Source of the DNA: Antedon mediterranea
Lineage: Eukaryota > Animalia > Echinodermata
DNA: 64,000 nucleotides
Direction: 5' to 3'
Assembly (NCBI RefSeq): GCF_964355755.1
Contig: NC_092674.1
Span: 3,782,001-3,846,000 of the forward strand
Under the pieces are notes generated by a model. The model had not been told where the DNA came from and made no database searches. It was given only the letters and a program-made list of their open reading frames with translations. The translations under genes were made by a program, and so were the position numbers. Below, one piece after another: positions 34,596-49,238 of this stretch. Within the stretch, counting starts at the first letter, position 1. Every line of letters starts with the position of its first letter.

Positions 34596-35490
34596 CTTTT
34601 TCACAATAATAACCTTTGTCTACAGTATTACTACAGTAATTTAGTATTAAGTAGTTTTAATCTTTTCTGTACAAGAAGTCCTCCATTAGTAATTAATAAG
34701 ATGAATATCATTAATAATAAACCTAATCTATCTGTTAAAGTACCTCTTTTTCACAATAATAACCTTTGTCTACATTATTACTACAGTAATTTAGTATTAA
34801 GTAGTTTTAATCTTTTCTGTACAAGAAGTCCTCCATTAGTAATTAATATTAAGATGAATATCATTAATAATAAACCTAATCTATCTGTTAACAAAGTACC
34901 TCTTTTTCACAATAATAAACTTTGTGGGCATATCACTTTTTTGGCACATTTAAATTTGATAGTGTAGACAGAGCTTAAGTTTAAGCTAATGCATATTCAA
35001 TAAGGTAGTGGAATAACGTTCAAAAAATGTATTTACCTTCCAGCTCAAGCATACTATGACACGCCATATGTGTCAAAATGTTTTTCTTTCTTTTAAAGAC
35101 TGCAAATTGCCAAATAGAACTTTACTCCATTTTTAAAGCAATGTATACCTATATTTTTGTATCTGTTAACAAAGTACCTCTTTTTCCACAATAATAACCT
35201 TTGTTTACATTATTACTACAGTAATTTAGTATTAAGTAGTTTTAATCTTTTCTGTACAAGAAGTCCTCCATTAGTAATTAATATTAAGATGAATATCATT
35301 AATAATAAACCTAATCTATCTGTTAACAAAGTACCTCTTTTTTTCACAATAATAACCTTTGTCTACAGTATTACTACAGTAAATTAGTATTAAGTAGTTT
35401 TAATCTTTTCTGTACAAGAAGTCCTCCATTAGTAATTAGTATTAAGACGAATTACATTAAAATATCATTGATAATAAACCTAATCTACAG
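34596..35490. repeat. ~150-bp direct repeats (two tandem pairs) adjoining MITE-A ends
   Basis: TTTTTCACAATAATAACCTTTGTCTACA...AGAAGTCCTCCATTAGTAATT...AAACCTAATCTA occurs four times. Confidence 0.9.
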
Positions 35491-35561
35491 TAGTACTATT
35501 AAATGGCTTTACCATTTATGAATTTAGGGCATGGTTTTATCAGGAAACAATAAATCAATGT

Positions 35562-35597
<36 letters not shown>

Positions 35598-35934
35598 CAG
35601 TAATTGTATTTCAAATTGATTTTATGATACTAATTTTATTCTTTTATTTTCTTGATTTAAAAAAGTACTATTAGTTGTATTAGTATTAATTGTTATAGAT
35701 GTACTAACCTAAAAGCTTTATACAGACTTTGGTACTACTGTACTTAATAAATGGAACTTTAAAAAGCAGAACAGACAATACATTTTGGTTAATTTACAGA
35801 GTTTTTTAACTATTTTATTTTTATATTATTGCCAAAACAATGTTGGTTGGTTGTTGGATGTGAGAGACATTTAAATTGGTGTGAATTAGCACAAGATAGG
35901 ACTGTGCAAAAACACAATTAAGTTCAGCATAAAT

Positions 35935-36080
35935 ACACACACGGAGAAGAGAAGTGGGAGGTTAAGGATGGAGGCTACAACTGGACAGAGGTGGAAGGAA
36001 GGAATTGCACAGAACCGTGTGAGATGGAGACGTGTAGTTGATGGCCTTCGCACTGCTTGGTGAACAAGTCAGAATAAATA
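35935..36080 (+). mobile_element. 5'-truncated RTE-type LINE remnant
   Basis: Translates as ...IAQNRVRWRRVVDGL, typical of the RTE ORF2 C-terminus, followed by a short tail. Confidence 0.6.
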
Positions 36081-37846
36081 GCGCCACCAACATTGTACTT
36101 TACTGTTTTGGTTGGTAGGAGTAACGGGTATTGTGTAGTTTTCCACTATACCACCCACTCACATACCTATCCCATTGTTAAAATAATCCACACAACAAAA
36201 TGATACATGATAGGCAAGGGACCGGTTCTTTTTGAACGTCAGAGCATGGCGTTTACTTCTACCTCCATGGTCAGAGTGACTCGTCAAGCGTATAGCCTAT
36301 TATCTACATATTTTGAAAAGACATGTTAAAAAACTTTATTTATTCTGCAATAAACCAGCTTATCTCTGACTTATAACTGACAAAACTTCAGTAGGGCCTA
36401 TCTGATAGTATCAATTTTAAATGCCAATATGAATACTGAAAAAAAAAACATGTTCATTATCCCGCATTGTATATGCCGACAAAGAAACCCGTCAATAGAA
36501 CCGACCTGGAAATCAATTGCAACAACAGGTATCAATAATCGAACGATTTTTGTGAAACAACCATGATTTGGCTACTACCGGTATTTAAAATTATATCGTG
36601 ATTATAACATGAGTGTATTTTCCAGCGAAATTAAAAGTATGAATTCGTAGACGAATGAACTTTTTATAAAGGTTTAATATTGCATTCACGTACATGAACA
36701 TAGGCAATGCGGTAAAGTCGTTGGTTTGCGAATGATTACGTAGGCCTACATGTACGCAAGCGCTTTCGTTAATTTCGACGATTCCATTTTAAAGCCTTGT
36801 CTACACTATCAAACTTTATGTGTCAAAAAAGTATGATGTGCCCATATATGGTAGTGCTATGTTTAAATATGGTAGTGATATGACATCATCGTGTCCATAT
36901 ATGGGCACATTATATTTGTTGTCACATAAAATTTGATATTGTAGACAAGGCGGTTTTCGCGTGTTTGATTCCGGTACCGTAATACCAATTGGTCGTCTCT
37001 GCAAACGAATTAATTGGTCATAGTGTGTTTGAGAGGATGGGGAGACATAAAATAATGAAAGTTTGGTAGAGCAAATAAATATAATATGGAAAACAGCAAG
37101 ATGTTTACCGAAATTAGCAGTCGACCAGTCTCTATTATGTGATGCAAAACATGCGCAGTAAACCACGAGAGCTCACGAAATGAATTGTCTTTTTATAAAT
37201 ACAAAGGAAAGCGCTGCATTTTGTGCAACAATGTTTAGCTCCACATATTATGCAAACGTACTCAAATATTAATTATTTAATAGGTATGATTTTAGGCTAT
37301 AGTTTTAAACGCTGTGCACGCTAAAAATCTATTCACTCGGCGTATATTATTTCGATTATTAATTTCCACGTCACATGTCGCTATATCGATTTAGTGTCCG
37401 AATGCTCGATACATATCATTTCCGTAATAAAGGCTCAACAACTGAAGCAACAATTATAATAATTGCAGCAACAAGCGGCCATCAACTTAAACCTAGGTTT
37501 CGTCTGGAATTCTATGAATTCGTATTAATAAAAACAGGCAATGAATCTTTTGTTATGGGCATTGAACACGATAGTTTAGGACGTTCAGTTTGTTCAAGAG
37601 GCTGAAAGGTCTATTGAAGAGGGCTTAGCGCATTGTCATTGCGCCCAATGAGGTAACGAGACTAATGCGTGTACAGAACCAAGTTAGGCATATAGAATTC
37701 TACTGAATAGGACTAACCAAGCGATACGATTCTCCCATACTGACAACGGTCATGGTGGATCTATGTTTCTTGTTGACTAACTCGCAGAATATTCGTTAAA
37801 TATCTGTTATTTTCTGAGCTGATTTGAACATTGCTCCCACCGAACC

Positions 37847-40800
37847 ATGAGCAGGCGATACCCTGTGTATTATAGCGATCGTGCGCGATATCGGTCTCCG
37901 TCTAGGCGGGAGAAAAAACTGAAAGAGCAGTATATGGCTCAGTATGGTAACGGTAATGGCCATAGCTATCCTCCGCCTTCTGGAGATTTCGTTTTCTCTG
38001 CTAGATTTCTTGGATCCAAGGAAATGGGAGCGGTGGAACCAGCACCAGAGACAGTTGGATTGGTAGTTCGTGACATGGTAGAAGGCTACAGATATTCACA
38101 GTATAAACCAAGGAGATATCATATCGTAATTAAATCTAGGAAGATTGTTGTTGAAGAATCTGGTAAGAATATTTGCGCTCTAAGCTTGCCATACTTAAGT
38201 AATACTTATTGATTAAACCTATATTACTCTATAACATATCTCTTGATGGACCTATGGAAAAACCCATGGGACTATAACATTGTATATATAGCTCTAACAA
38301 AATACCTTTACCTTCTCTATTGCTGCACCCATCGTACATTGTATAGGTTATAACAAAGAACTGTCATGGGGACTTAACAAAAGCTTGAGCTCAGTAAAGT
38401 TGTAACTTAAACTAGAACTTTAGAAAATTGTAATTAACAAATGATGACTTGAATTCACAAGTTGTTAGGTGAACAATGAAGTTCCATGGTATCAACTTGG
38501 TGATAGACATGATAAAGTTTACCGAAACAATTTATGTTTACAGCGTTATAGACAATACTTCCAACCGTCCCCAGTCCTATATTCACCATTTGTATTAAGA
38601 GAAACACTTAAAAAAAAAAAACACCTTAAAATAAAAATAAATATCTAAATGAATACAGTTTAAGGGAAATATTTCAATATTTATTGAGTGAAATAGTGAA
38701 ATAGGGCCTACTTAATATTTATGGGAAATATTATTATGATTGGTGAATACGGCCACAGAGTCCGTAAACAAATTGCGTAAGCCTACATAGGAGCAACAGT
38801 ATTACGATAAAATATATATTAATATAGTAATCCACCATACAATGTTTACTTTAAAAATGTATATGTTCATGTGCGTGGAGCAATATGTAACACTTGACTA
38901 TTGATTTGCATCACTTATGTACACGGCCACCGTTTCATTAACAATTAACAAGACAACAATGAACAATAAATTTGCCTTGACAAACACTCATTTTATTTGC
39001 TTTAGTTCTATTTAATCTATAGCAGCAATCTGTGTTATATCATTGCATACCACAACTGGATAATTTATATGGGTGTGTGACATTAGCAAAATATATCACG
39101 TAAGCCCAATGTCAGATGCACGATCGATCAATATTACTACTATTCATTGTTAGTGCATAGTTAAATAATAATTGTTGTAGTTATTTTATGTAATGTAATT
39201 ACTTTGTACACAATGAACTTCCTCTTTCATTTTTCTTTCATTGGCTTGTCGAATTGTCTGTCTGTTGGTGACTAACAAGTCCTGTTACATCTCTGTACAC
39301 TATCAAACTTTATGTGATAAAAACAATGTGATGTGCCCATATATGGACATGATGATTTCATATCACTGCCATATTTGGTCATGTCACCACCATATAGGGC
39401 ACATCACATTTTTTTCTCAAACTAGTTTGATAGTGTATACAGAGCTTAACACTCAGTCCTTCTAGGCCCTTGGTGCATGATCGACAGCTTTAAAATGGCA
39501 CGAACGTTTCAGTGGTCAAACTTATCGAACCTCTTTATAATGTCACACTTTGCTTTCTGAATTTGAAGTTTATTATTCATAATTTAAGATTCGTTAAGCC
39601 TCTTATTTTCCAATTTATTGAAAATAAACCAACGCAGAGAATATAAAAAGTCATATTTATTTATTAATCATTATTTCTACCGACATCACAAAGGAAAATT
39701 ATCTTTATCGAAGAACCATTCTACTAGCTAAGTGTATTACAAAATAGGTGGGAAAATATAGTTTGGAATGTTGAGTTTAACTTAGCTTGCGTGACGTCAT
39801 CAAACACATTGTAAAGAGTTGGTTTCAGGTTTTCGCTAAAGTGTCGAAGAAGTAAATATAGAGATCGTACCATTATCAAGTCTATTGGGTTTTATGTACT
39901 CTTTTACACCCCCGCCTTTGCTACTTCAGCAAAAAGTCCTTTCACAATAATTTGTCGGTTAAAACGTGTGTGATTTTTGAACCTAAATTTGTTTTAATCG
40001 TCAATAACTAATTATCGAACTCAATTTAATTAGTAAACAGGGTTACATCAGGTGGTTAAAATCAGTACCGAAAGTACGAACCAACTTTATATACCATCGA
40101 GTAAACATTCTAGAAATAACGCGCGATTTACCGAATTTTGCCCTTACGTAAATTTATATATAGATAAAAACATCCTATCCGATAAACTTAGGGAACGTAC
40201 AGGCTTAATCTCTGTTTACAATATCAAAAAAAGTATGGTGTGTCCAAATATGGTAGTGATATAACCAAATATGGTAGTAATATGACATGGTCACATCCCA
40301 TTTTTGACACATAAAGTTCGATAGTGTAAACAGAGCTTTAGTTATTTATTGCCCGAGTAAGCTGGTTTCATATGTTAACGCCAGTTCTGTGGGTGAACCA
40401 ACTTACGTGATTAAATAAACCGAGTCTACACGAGTAACTCGGAGGTTTTGGCAAACTTCTGCAAAACTTGTTTTCTAAAGTTTGCCGATGTTTTTCTACA
40501 CTGGCACACTTTGGAAACTGTTGTTGCCGTACTGGGAATTTGATTATGTATGCAAACTAAAGTTTGCTAGTGTACACTAGACTAGGCCCATAAGTTATCT
40601 GGAACTGCTTCCTAGTTAGTAAAATGATCACTGGGCCTACTGTACTTCACCGCAAAACTGGCACATGTGCTCAATTCATGCCGATTAAGTGTTTCTATCT
40701 TTTGTACAAGGTACAAGGTTTCACGCGTTATCACCTTTCGCAAGTTATAAACGTGAATCATTGAAATTTAAGCTTTTAAGCATATCCTGAATTTATATAA

Positions 40801-43800
40801 GCATTCAATCTTGTTGTTATTAAATATAAGTCTCAGACGGTTACCCTCGGTAGAATGATGGAATAAACCGATTGACTTTTGGATTAAACCAACTTAAACA
40901 GGTAAATAAACCTAGTCTACACCAGTAACTTGGAGTTTTTGGCAAACTTCTGCAAAACTTTGTTTGGTAGAATAAATCGATTGACTTTTAGTTTACTAAA
41001 CCAACTTAACTGAATAAATAAACCTAGTCTACACCAGTAACTTGGAGTTTTTGGAAAACATACTGCAAAACTTTGTTTGGTAGAATAAATCGATTGACTT
41101 TTAGTTTACTAAACCAACTTAACTGAGTAAATAAACCTAGTCTACACCAGTAACTTGGAGTTTTTGGCAAACTTCTGCAAAACTTGTTTTCTAAAAACTG
41201 ATCTGCATTAGATACTATTAAATAAGCCTTAATTTATCAAATAAGTCCACTGACTGACGGTTACTCTCAGCAAATGGTAGAATAAACCGATTGACTTCTT
41301 CGATAAAATAAAATAAAGATAATTTTTCTTTAGGACCCTCGGTAGAAATAATTGATTAATAAATAATGGCCTATATTCTCTGCGTTGGTGTATTTTCAGG
41401 AAATTGGAAAGAAAAGGCTTAACGTAATGTTGCTGTGTCGTTTAATTACTCTTAAATTATGAATAATAAACAACTTTCAGAAAGAATACAATTTCAATTT
41501 GAAAGTTTTCTAATTATAAAACAAACAATAGGCCCTACTCTAACGAAACAGGATATTTCCATTATTCACAATTTCGTTGAATTAATCTTTCTAGCGCCAT
41601 TCGAAAATTGTAATCACCTTGAAAGATTTTGTTTTCGTGAATAGTTTCATTTTCATCCGCTCCCATGTTTAACATATTTAGGATCATTGTCTCTATTGTA
41701 TTTATAGTAAAGCTTGTTAATATAACACAATACACTATTCTAGTATGTTGTTTATATTTCGGCAATTAGGCCTAATGTTTGACTGTTTTTTTACAAACTT
41801 CAGTACTAACTGCCATGCACATTTTTAGCTTGGAATGTTGGGTATGGGATGTAGGAAAATGACAAGGCCACGCACACGTAATGATTATGCTTATTTAAGC
41901 TTGAATTCAGACAGGAGATACAATTTAATAACACTTCTTTCAAAAAACCCAGTGGGCGCTGAATGTATTTACTGTGTATTTTGCATGAATAACTTTGGCC
42001 AACAAGGCGTGCCAAGTTGAAAAATTGAGTAAGAGGATGGCGGTGCAATGGAGTTACTATGGACAATATCTTATACTTTGGTGTGATTGGCTTAGGCCGG
42101 TGATGCCTGTAATCCCGATGATCAAAACTGCTAAGAATAATAAAAGAGACCCAGGCCTATATATGCCTCTTTTACTTGGGTTGGGTTTAATTCAAGTACC
42201 TCTTGAATATTGTTTTATGACAATATGGTAGCTAGTGTTTTTATAATTTCCATTTCAGTAAAATAGGCGTTGAAATATGACGCATCTAAAAAATATTGAA
42301 ATCACTTACGGGTATAATTTCTAAAGAATGAGCAATGTGTGAAGGATGTACGGTAATAAGGCGGTAGTTTTGGACCAATGAGTTCCATATTGCGTAAAAA
42401 AGTTATTTAGACAAACATGTGGGCCGTTCCACATAAAAAATACCGGAGTTTGGACAAAGAAGTGAACCGTACCACATCACGTAAAAAGTAGTTTAGGACC
42501 AAAATGGGCTGTCCCACATCGCGTAGAAAGTAGTTTAGGACCAACACGTTGTTGCACATGCGAAACTGAGCGTTTCCACTTATGTTCAATTATCTGGACT
42601 TAATAATAATCAAGGTTTATTTATTTCTTTCTATTTTATTCTTTATAATTGTTCTTGCAGTTAAAAAATAACACAACCATGAAGTAATAATTATAACTCC
42701 ATGACACAACCTTCTTGAACTAATAGCATTGTGCATAAAGGACATACCATATATTTTTATACTCTATAGTTCACTATGTCGGTCGGTCGGTCGGTTGGTC
42801 TGTCGGTCTGTCTGTCTGTCGGTCCGGTATCACTATGCGTTTTATCGCTTTCTGACCTTATCTTGATATCAGTTTAATCTAGCTAAGTAAATTTTTCACA
42901 GTATATTCCTTATGGCCAGGAATCGATGTGGTTATGTTTTTACGGTGCGCAATAAAAAATTACGTGGTCTACGCACGATTTAACGAAATCACGTTTGTAA
43001 TCATATCTTCACAACCATGAATCACAATTAAATAAAATTTGGTACTCATAAATTTCAGGGCATAAATCATCATATGGCAATATAATTACGTGCGTAGCGC
43101 ATGTAACGCATGCGTACGCGCGCTTAAAATTTTCAAAATTTATTTTCGATGAAATAAGAGTACGTTTCAGGCAATTTTAAGCGTTTACAAAATTGCCATG
43201 AGTGCGCAGATTTTTGCGCGCGCACTGCGCGTTAAATGTTGTTGCGCACTCTTTTTGCCCGATTTCTGTTTTCTTGAATTACTTTTCAACTCTAAATTAC
43301 GTTATACGAGCACGTCAAAAGTGACAGGCCACGCACGTGTAAATTAAAAAAATATAAATGTTTTTAAACATTTCAACATTTTTAAACATGTTCAGTAATT
43401 TCGGTCAGTTGGTAGGTTGGTCGGTCGGTCAGTAAACACTAATGGTAATATCGGACTAGCATGTGATAGGCATGGGTTCGGGGTTATCTGTACCATACTA
43501 ATTGCATCCTTAGGCAAGATGCTTTACTCTCATTGCCTAATCTGGTAGGCGCTGCACTGCTGGCTGCCGTGGGTCCGTGGAGGGCCTAATCTTAATTTCC
43601 TCACTGAGGACAAAATATTAATATACAAAATACAAATACAAAAAAATAATGAGCACGCGACTGCAGCCATCTATATGGCCTTGTTTAAGCTAATAACAAT
43701 ATTCTAACATTTACACCAACGTCTTTTTCCCGTGCAAGTTTCCGATTAATAATATCATTTTTATTTCGTCACAGGTACTGACTATTCAGAATCCATTCCA

Positions 43801-44786
43801 ATTTACGCAATACAATATTGTGCGTCTGATTTCAACTACCCACGAGCGTTCACATTCGTTGCCAGGGCAAGACAGGGCTACCTCTGCCATATATTTTACA
43901 CGAAAGGTGCAGACGTTGCTGAGGCAATAACCGTGTCATTCGCTCGAGCTTTTAAACGTGCGTATGATGACGTAGAAGAGAGGCGGTCAGTATACCAACC
44001 GAGAAGACACAGAGACAGCTCATCCGACGATGACCGCTTCACTAGAAATCGAAGTAGAAAATCAAAGAAACCAAGAGGTGAGTAAGACACGTCCATGCGC
44101 GCGCGCGTTGATACGTAGTATTTGCGTATCTAATTACGGTTTCCTAAACACGCGATTAAGCTTGGTTCCCACTAGTAACGCAATGTATAGTGATTTGACC
44201 AATCACAATCGATGGATTATTCGAAAAATTGCCTACGTCTTTGCGTTGCGTCTTTAATGGGAACCAAGCTTACGTACTACATTGCTGGTTATATCACATG
44301 GGTGGTAATATGCGATTAATTAATCATTACTCTTACCTGATTAAACGTACCGTACTACAATTGTTTTTTTTTACAGAATACCATGAACGTTATGACTATG
44401 ACACGCAAGCGCCGCAAAACGTCTACTCCCAACGGGAACCACGTCCAATGCTAAATGGTGGCCCTCCACGATCAACTCGCTATTTCATGTACGACGACTA
44501 CCCAGAAGACGACCGTGCGAGTACAATGGACCCAATATTCAGTCGTCGCCAAGGTCCTACTGGAGAACGACTCCAGAGATACGATTTCGTTGAGGATGAG
44601 CCCATGCCGCGCATGATGAATGGGTTCTCAGACGACATGGGTCATCCGCCAAGACGAAGCATGAGATCATCGGCACGGAGGCCTAATTATCCCGTGGACG
44701 ACATGGAGATGCCACCAAGAAGATCCATGCACGGGGGTCGTCAGTCACAGAGATACAGCGATCCGTTCAGAGAGTATAGTTATTAA
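37847..44786 (+). CDS. PTB/PID-domain adaptor protein with an Arg/Asp/Tyr/Met-rich low-complexity tail, ~342 aa
   Basis: Exons 37847-38162, 43775-44077, 44377-44786 (phase 1/1). PTB pattern FSARFLGS...IPIYAIQYCASDFNYPRAFTFVAR...YLCHIF...AEAITVSFARAFKRAY. Confidence 0.85.
40410..41195. repeat. Harbinger-like element end amplified into ~110-bp tandem repeats
   Basis: CCTAGTCTACACCAGTAACTTGGAGTTTTTGGCAAACTTCTGCAAAACTT occurs three times at 40910-41190, with a related copy at 40420-40585. Confidence 0.8.
42754..43686 (+). mobile_element. Helentron-associated non-autonomous element (HINE/DINE-1-like) with an embedded SINE fragment
   Basis: T-run start, (GTCG/GTCT)n microsatellite at 42777-42826, and 3' CACGCGACT sub-TIR plus GCCAT..ATGGCC stem-loop ending TTGTTT. 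SINE-like GGTTCG...TCCTTAGGCAAGATGCTTTAC at ~43440-43560. Confidence 0.7.
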
Positions 44787-47700
44787 ACCTAGACGTGCAT
44801 GCATCGAGAGTTCCAAGGGTCGAGAATAAACAACATCGGCACTAATGACACATCAATCAACACTAATAATACATACGTGTAGCGGTATAGAAATATGAAT
44901 AACCGATGGCCTAATAAAATATATAGGCCTATATAAATAGCACTGTAGAAAATTAATACAATTATAAATACATTCGGCCAATCCTTAAAATAAAGATATT
45001 TATATTTTTGTATTTATTTATGTTACACTATACTCAAACACTTAGCATAGTATTATTGAATTCAATATCTGACTATAATTTCATTAAGTAAGCGTTGCCG
45101 CTAAGGTCAATTGATGACTAGTTGAAGAAATTCAACGTCTTAAAACGTAACGACACAAAATCGTTAATTCACACGTAATTATTTTTCCATATTGGGCCTA
45201 TATGTAGGAACAGTAAAGTTTCAAACTATAAATAAATTAAATCATGATGATGATTTGTAGCATTCTTTCCCATTAAAAATACAATCTATATAAACAAATG
45301 CTAAGCCTACATTAATTAATAATACAATTTACAGCTGAGAATATCATAGTTAGGACTCCGAAAGTTACGTTCTACTTACAGTTTCTAGGCCCTAGCATGC
45401 ATGTGCCCAATGAGCGTTAAGTCAGCAAATTAGACAGCGCCAACCAAGGCGTTTGGTATCTCGTTTGGAATGGTCTTGTTGGTGGGCAAGTGGATAGTCA
45501 GTTGGCCTAGCTAGGCCTAGGCTATAATTATTTTAATACTTAACAATTACTCACCACACTCAAATTATGCGATGTCTTTCAGTCCTGCCAGATATCTTGT
45601 TATTGTAGTATTTTATTATAATCTTTTTTACGTCGATAGATTGTCATTCAGCCTAGGCCTGTTTGGTCTACCACTAGTTTAGGAATCGTGAAAACTTTCA
45701 TCCGGGGCTGTTCATTATCTGCTCTCTTCTGATTGGCAGAAACTTTTATCAATAATATAAAGAACCGCTCCAAAAAGCAATACGATAGACCTACATTTAC
45801 CGAATAAGTGTATTATAGGAATTATTTTACGAAAAATTTCGTAACAGTACTGGTAGGCATATGGAAGTAAGTAAGTTGACGCGCTGTACATCATAAAAGC
45901 GTCCACAAAATAATAGACCTACAATGTTTTTTAATACAGTTTGGAATAATTGTTAATCATAAATCGAATAATGAAATTAGAATCATTTAAGCAACCAGAA
46001 CAAAATATTGCATCTTCAATGATTAAAAACACATTATTCTTATTATTTGTATGTAGGGCCTATGCAGTAACATTTGTTTTTATTTAGAACATATTCTAAT
46101 TGAGTGTATATTTTTGTGCTACATCTTTGTATTATTGGTATATTATTAATATTATATTCAATTGTATTACCCGTATTTTGTATTAAACCGTCTGGTAAGA
46201 GGGAAGATTGATTATTTATCTACTTTCTAAGTGAGCGGACAGCGATTTTTTTTGTACATAAGTCAACCCTTTAAATAATCTCTAAAAAAAATAAGTTGCT
46301 CATGGGATTCTAAACAATACATCGACATGTTAAGGCTATAGTCTAATCCACTCGACGACCCAGACGGCTCGGAAATTAGCTTTTCCATTAGCGAATTGTA
46401 GGCTCAATTCTTACGTCACACCTTGATGAATATTCATGTTTATTTTGTGACGTTTCATGTACGTTTTATGTACGAAAAGAAATATCGCGAGCAGCCAATA
46501 GCCTATTATAAGTATGTTCGCGCGTTCCGCGCACAATTCACCTCTTTCTGAGCTGCCCCAAGAATTGGGTGGTTCTCTCGATGTATGGAAGTTCTCAGCA
46601 AAATAATTCTTAGCCTCCTCATGTCATTATCAATATCTGGTAAATTTTGAGAGACCTGCACGAACATCCCACTTCGTTCTTTCTGCCATCAAAGCGGGCA
46701 TCAAAGCCATAAATTCGGGGTTGATATTCAAAAAAATGAAGTGTTGAAGGTGTTTTCAAGATAATACTTCCATTGCTGTCATGGATTAATTCTTCTGTGT
46801 TGTATGTTCGCTAGTCTAGGTTATAGACCGAATTTAGTAAAAAGATAAATATTTGGCACATATATAGCGTATTCAGACAAAAAATAACGAACATAATGCG
46901 TGGTTCCCATTAGAGACGCAACGCAAAGACGTAACGCAACGTAAGGGATTTGTCCAATCATAAGCGATGGATTATTCAAACTGTCGCTTTGTCATTGGTC
47001 AACTCGCTTGCGTTGCGTCTACGTCCTTGCGTTGCGTCCTAGTGGGAAAGAAGCTAAAGGGACAATAACTATAGGCTAGGGCATGGAGAAATAAGTCTCA
47101 TGCTGGCATGTAACATTATATTAAATTTATTATGACTGTGAATAACAACATGAATCTCTCAACAATTTTTGGCTATAGTAACATCTGCAGTTTATTGTTA
47201 GGCCTACAATGCAACGTAGATGACAACTACTAATTACCATCAATATCAACAGTTGTATTTTCATAGCCCGATAGATTATAATAACCTATTATTACGCACC
47301 TTGTTTGAAATCAATCAAGCGTTACAACAACAATGACAATTAGCGTATTGATTAGTCGACGATTTCGTCTGGTGGTATGAAATATGAACAGAACAATAGA
47401 ACATTTCACACTGCAACTGCTGCTACAATAAATGACAATAAAGGTAAGTTGACATGTTTTAGTAATTTTAGCTTTTAATAATATATATTTAATATGCATA
47501 TTGTATTCACAGCTTACACATTATATAGTAATTATTCAATATTATATAATATTCTGTAACATTGTGTATGTTCACATGCATCTTGTGTGCTTGTTTGTGG
47601 TTTAAATCTGCATATAATTATTATTCAATGATACTCTATTGTATGTTCATCGCATACATGCCTTTGTGTGTTCATTTTCAGTAATTTAATTATTTCAGAA

Positions 47701-48244
47701 ATTGCATAATCTTCTGCGGGAAAATTGTCGATTAACATACGTTATTTACAGCATTTACATAAAACAATAAAACATCAAAATCTGTAACATATATGTTCAC
47801 ATTTGTGTGCTAAGTTTGGTTAATTTACCTAAGACGAAATTGTATCATTTATGTCTTTCTCCAATAGAATTATTCATTGCTATTCATTATTATTTCACAA
47901 TCAAATTAGGCCTACTGGTTCTTAGACGATGCTCAATATGGAATCTATGGCACATATATCGGGGGTCGGACACTAAATAGGTCACTACCCCGACACCCCC
48001 ACTCCCGCCTCCTCCATGGTGGGGCTTGAGGCGAAGCGAATTTTGTTCCTCTAATCGGCCGAATAATCGCTTGACGTACGCGCATACAGGGAAGAGGTAT
48101 GAGCATGGAGGTATTCACGAACGAGTTTACGAATTTTTCAATTTACGAATAACCTTTTGTACTGTGGGGCACGTATTTTGATGAATTTTCAGAGATGAGG
48201 GTGAGGTATTGGGTATGTCGGGGATGGGGTACGCAGTCGGTTAA

Positions 48245-48423
48245 AGCGTGGTTCCCACTAGCGACAAAACACAAGGACGTAACGCAACGCAAGTGAATTG
48301 ACCAATCACAAGCGATGGCTTATTCGCTTGTGATTGCTAACTGTCTATAACTTCGCTTGTCATTGGTTAAAACGCTTGCGTTGCGTTTACGTCCTTGCGT
48401 TACGTTCTAGTGGGAACCAAGCT
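48245..48423. mobile_element. MITE family B, 179-bp copy
   Basis: TAA|AGCGTGGTTCCCACTAG ... CTAGTGGGAACCAAGCT|TAA. Confidence 0.9.
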
Positions 48424-48728
48424 TAAGGGAGGTTCGCTGTAACGGAGGGTTCGCCCGAACCACAAAACCCCCCTGGCTACGGACCTGATAATCTTTACGG
48501 TGTTTATTAGATGCATCCACTTTTGCAATTGGCGGGTAGTACAGATGAAAATAGTGTTCATAACCATAATGATATTTTATAGAAATTTTCAATAGCTATT
48601 TTCAATTATCCTATAAGTTATTTTTTATGTTGTTTCATGTATTTTAATACTTTTTATTTTATCTTACAGGATGTGGTTGCTAAAACCAACAATATTGCAT
48701 ATTTAGTTAGTGAACACAATCTTAAACC

Positions 48729-49238
48729 ATGAATATGTTCAGTCGAAGTAAAAGTGTGACCGTAACCCGAGGAGATCCGATCTTTAACGTTCGTTATCTC
48801 GGAAAACAACTACCCCCTAAGGATACTTACTCAGAAAACTCTGAAAGTCCGATCGAAATTCTCTGGGACTCTTCAAAAGATCATCTAAAATCTTTACCAA
48901 AATGCGACATGGTTTTGAACTGCCAAGGGATTGAAATGCGCCTCGGTGAATCAAAGAACAATGTCAGAGAAATTAAAAGGTTCAAAATGGAAGATATTGC
49001 AAGATGTCGAGCCAGCAGAGAACCGCCAAAACTCTTCATCTGGATTTCGTACAATCCTGACGAGGACAACATGGAGTATCATGCAGTCTATTGTAGTTCT
49101 AATGACATGGCCAGTGAGATGGCTATCATCATGAATAACTACTTTCATATGGCTTGGCAGAACACTCGCGTTCGTACATCCAGGCACGAACGTTATGAAA
49201 TATTTCGTAAATCAGTTAAAGAATCCCCTCTGCAGTAG
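48729..49238 (+). CDS. FAM43-like PTB/PID (PID_2) domain protein, 169 aa, single coding exon
   Basis: SKSVTVTRGDPIFNVRYLG and PKLFIWI...MEYHAVYCS...A.EMA..MNNYF fit the FAM43-type PID; a splice acceptor at 48669 indicates an upstream UTR exon. Confidence 0.8.
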   Translation: MNMFSRSKSVTVTRGDPIFNVRYLGKQLPPKDTYSENSESPIEILWDSSKDHLKSLPKCDMVLNCQGIEMRLGESKNNVREIKRFKMEDIARCRASREPPKLFIWISYNPDEDNMEYHAVYCSSNDMASEMAIIMNNYFHMAWQNTRVRTSRHERYEIFRKSVKESPLQ

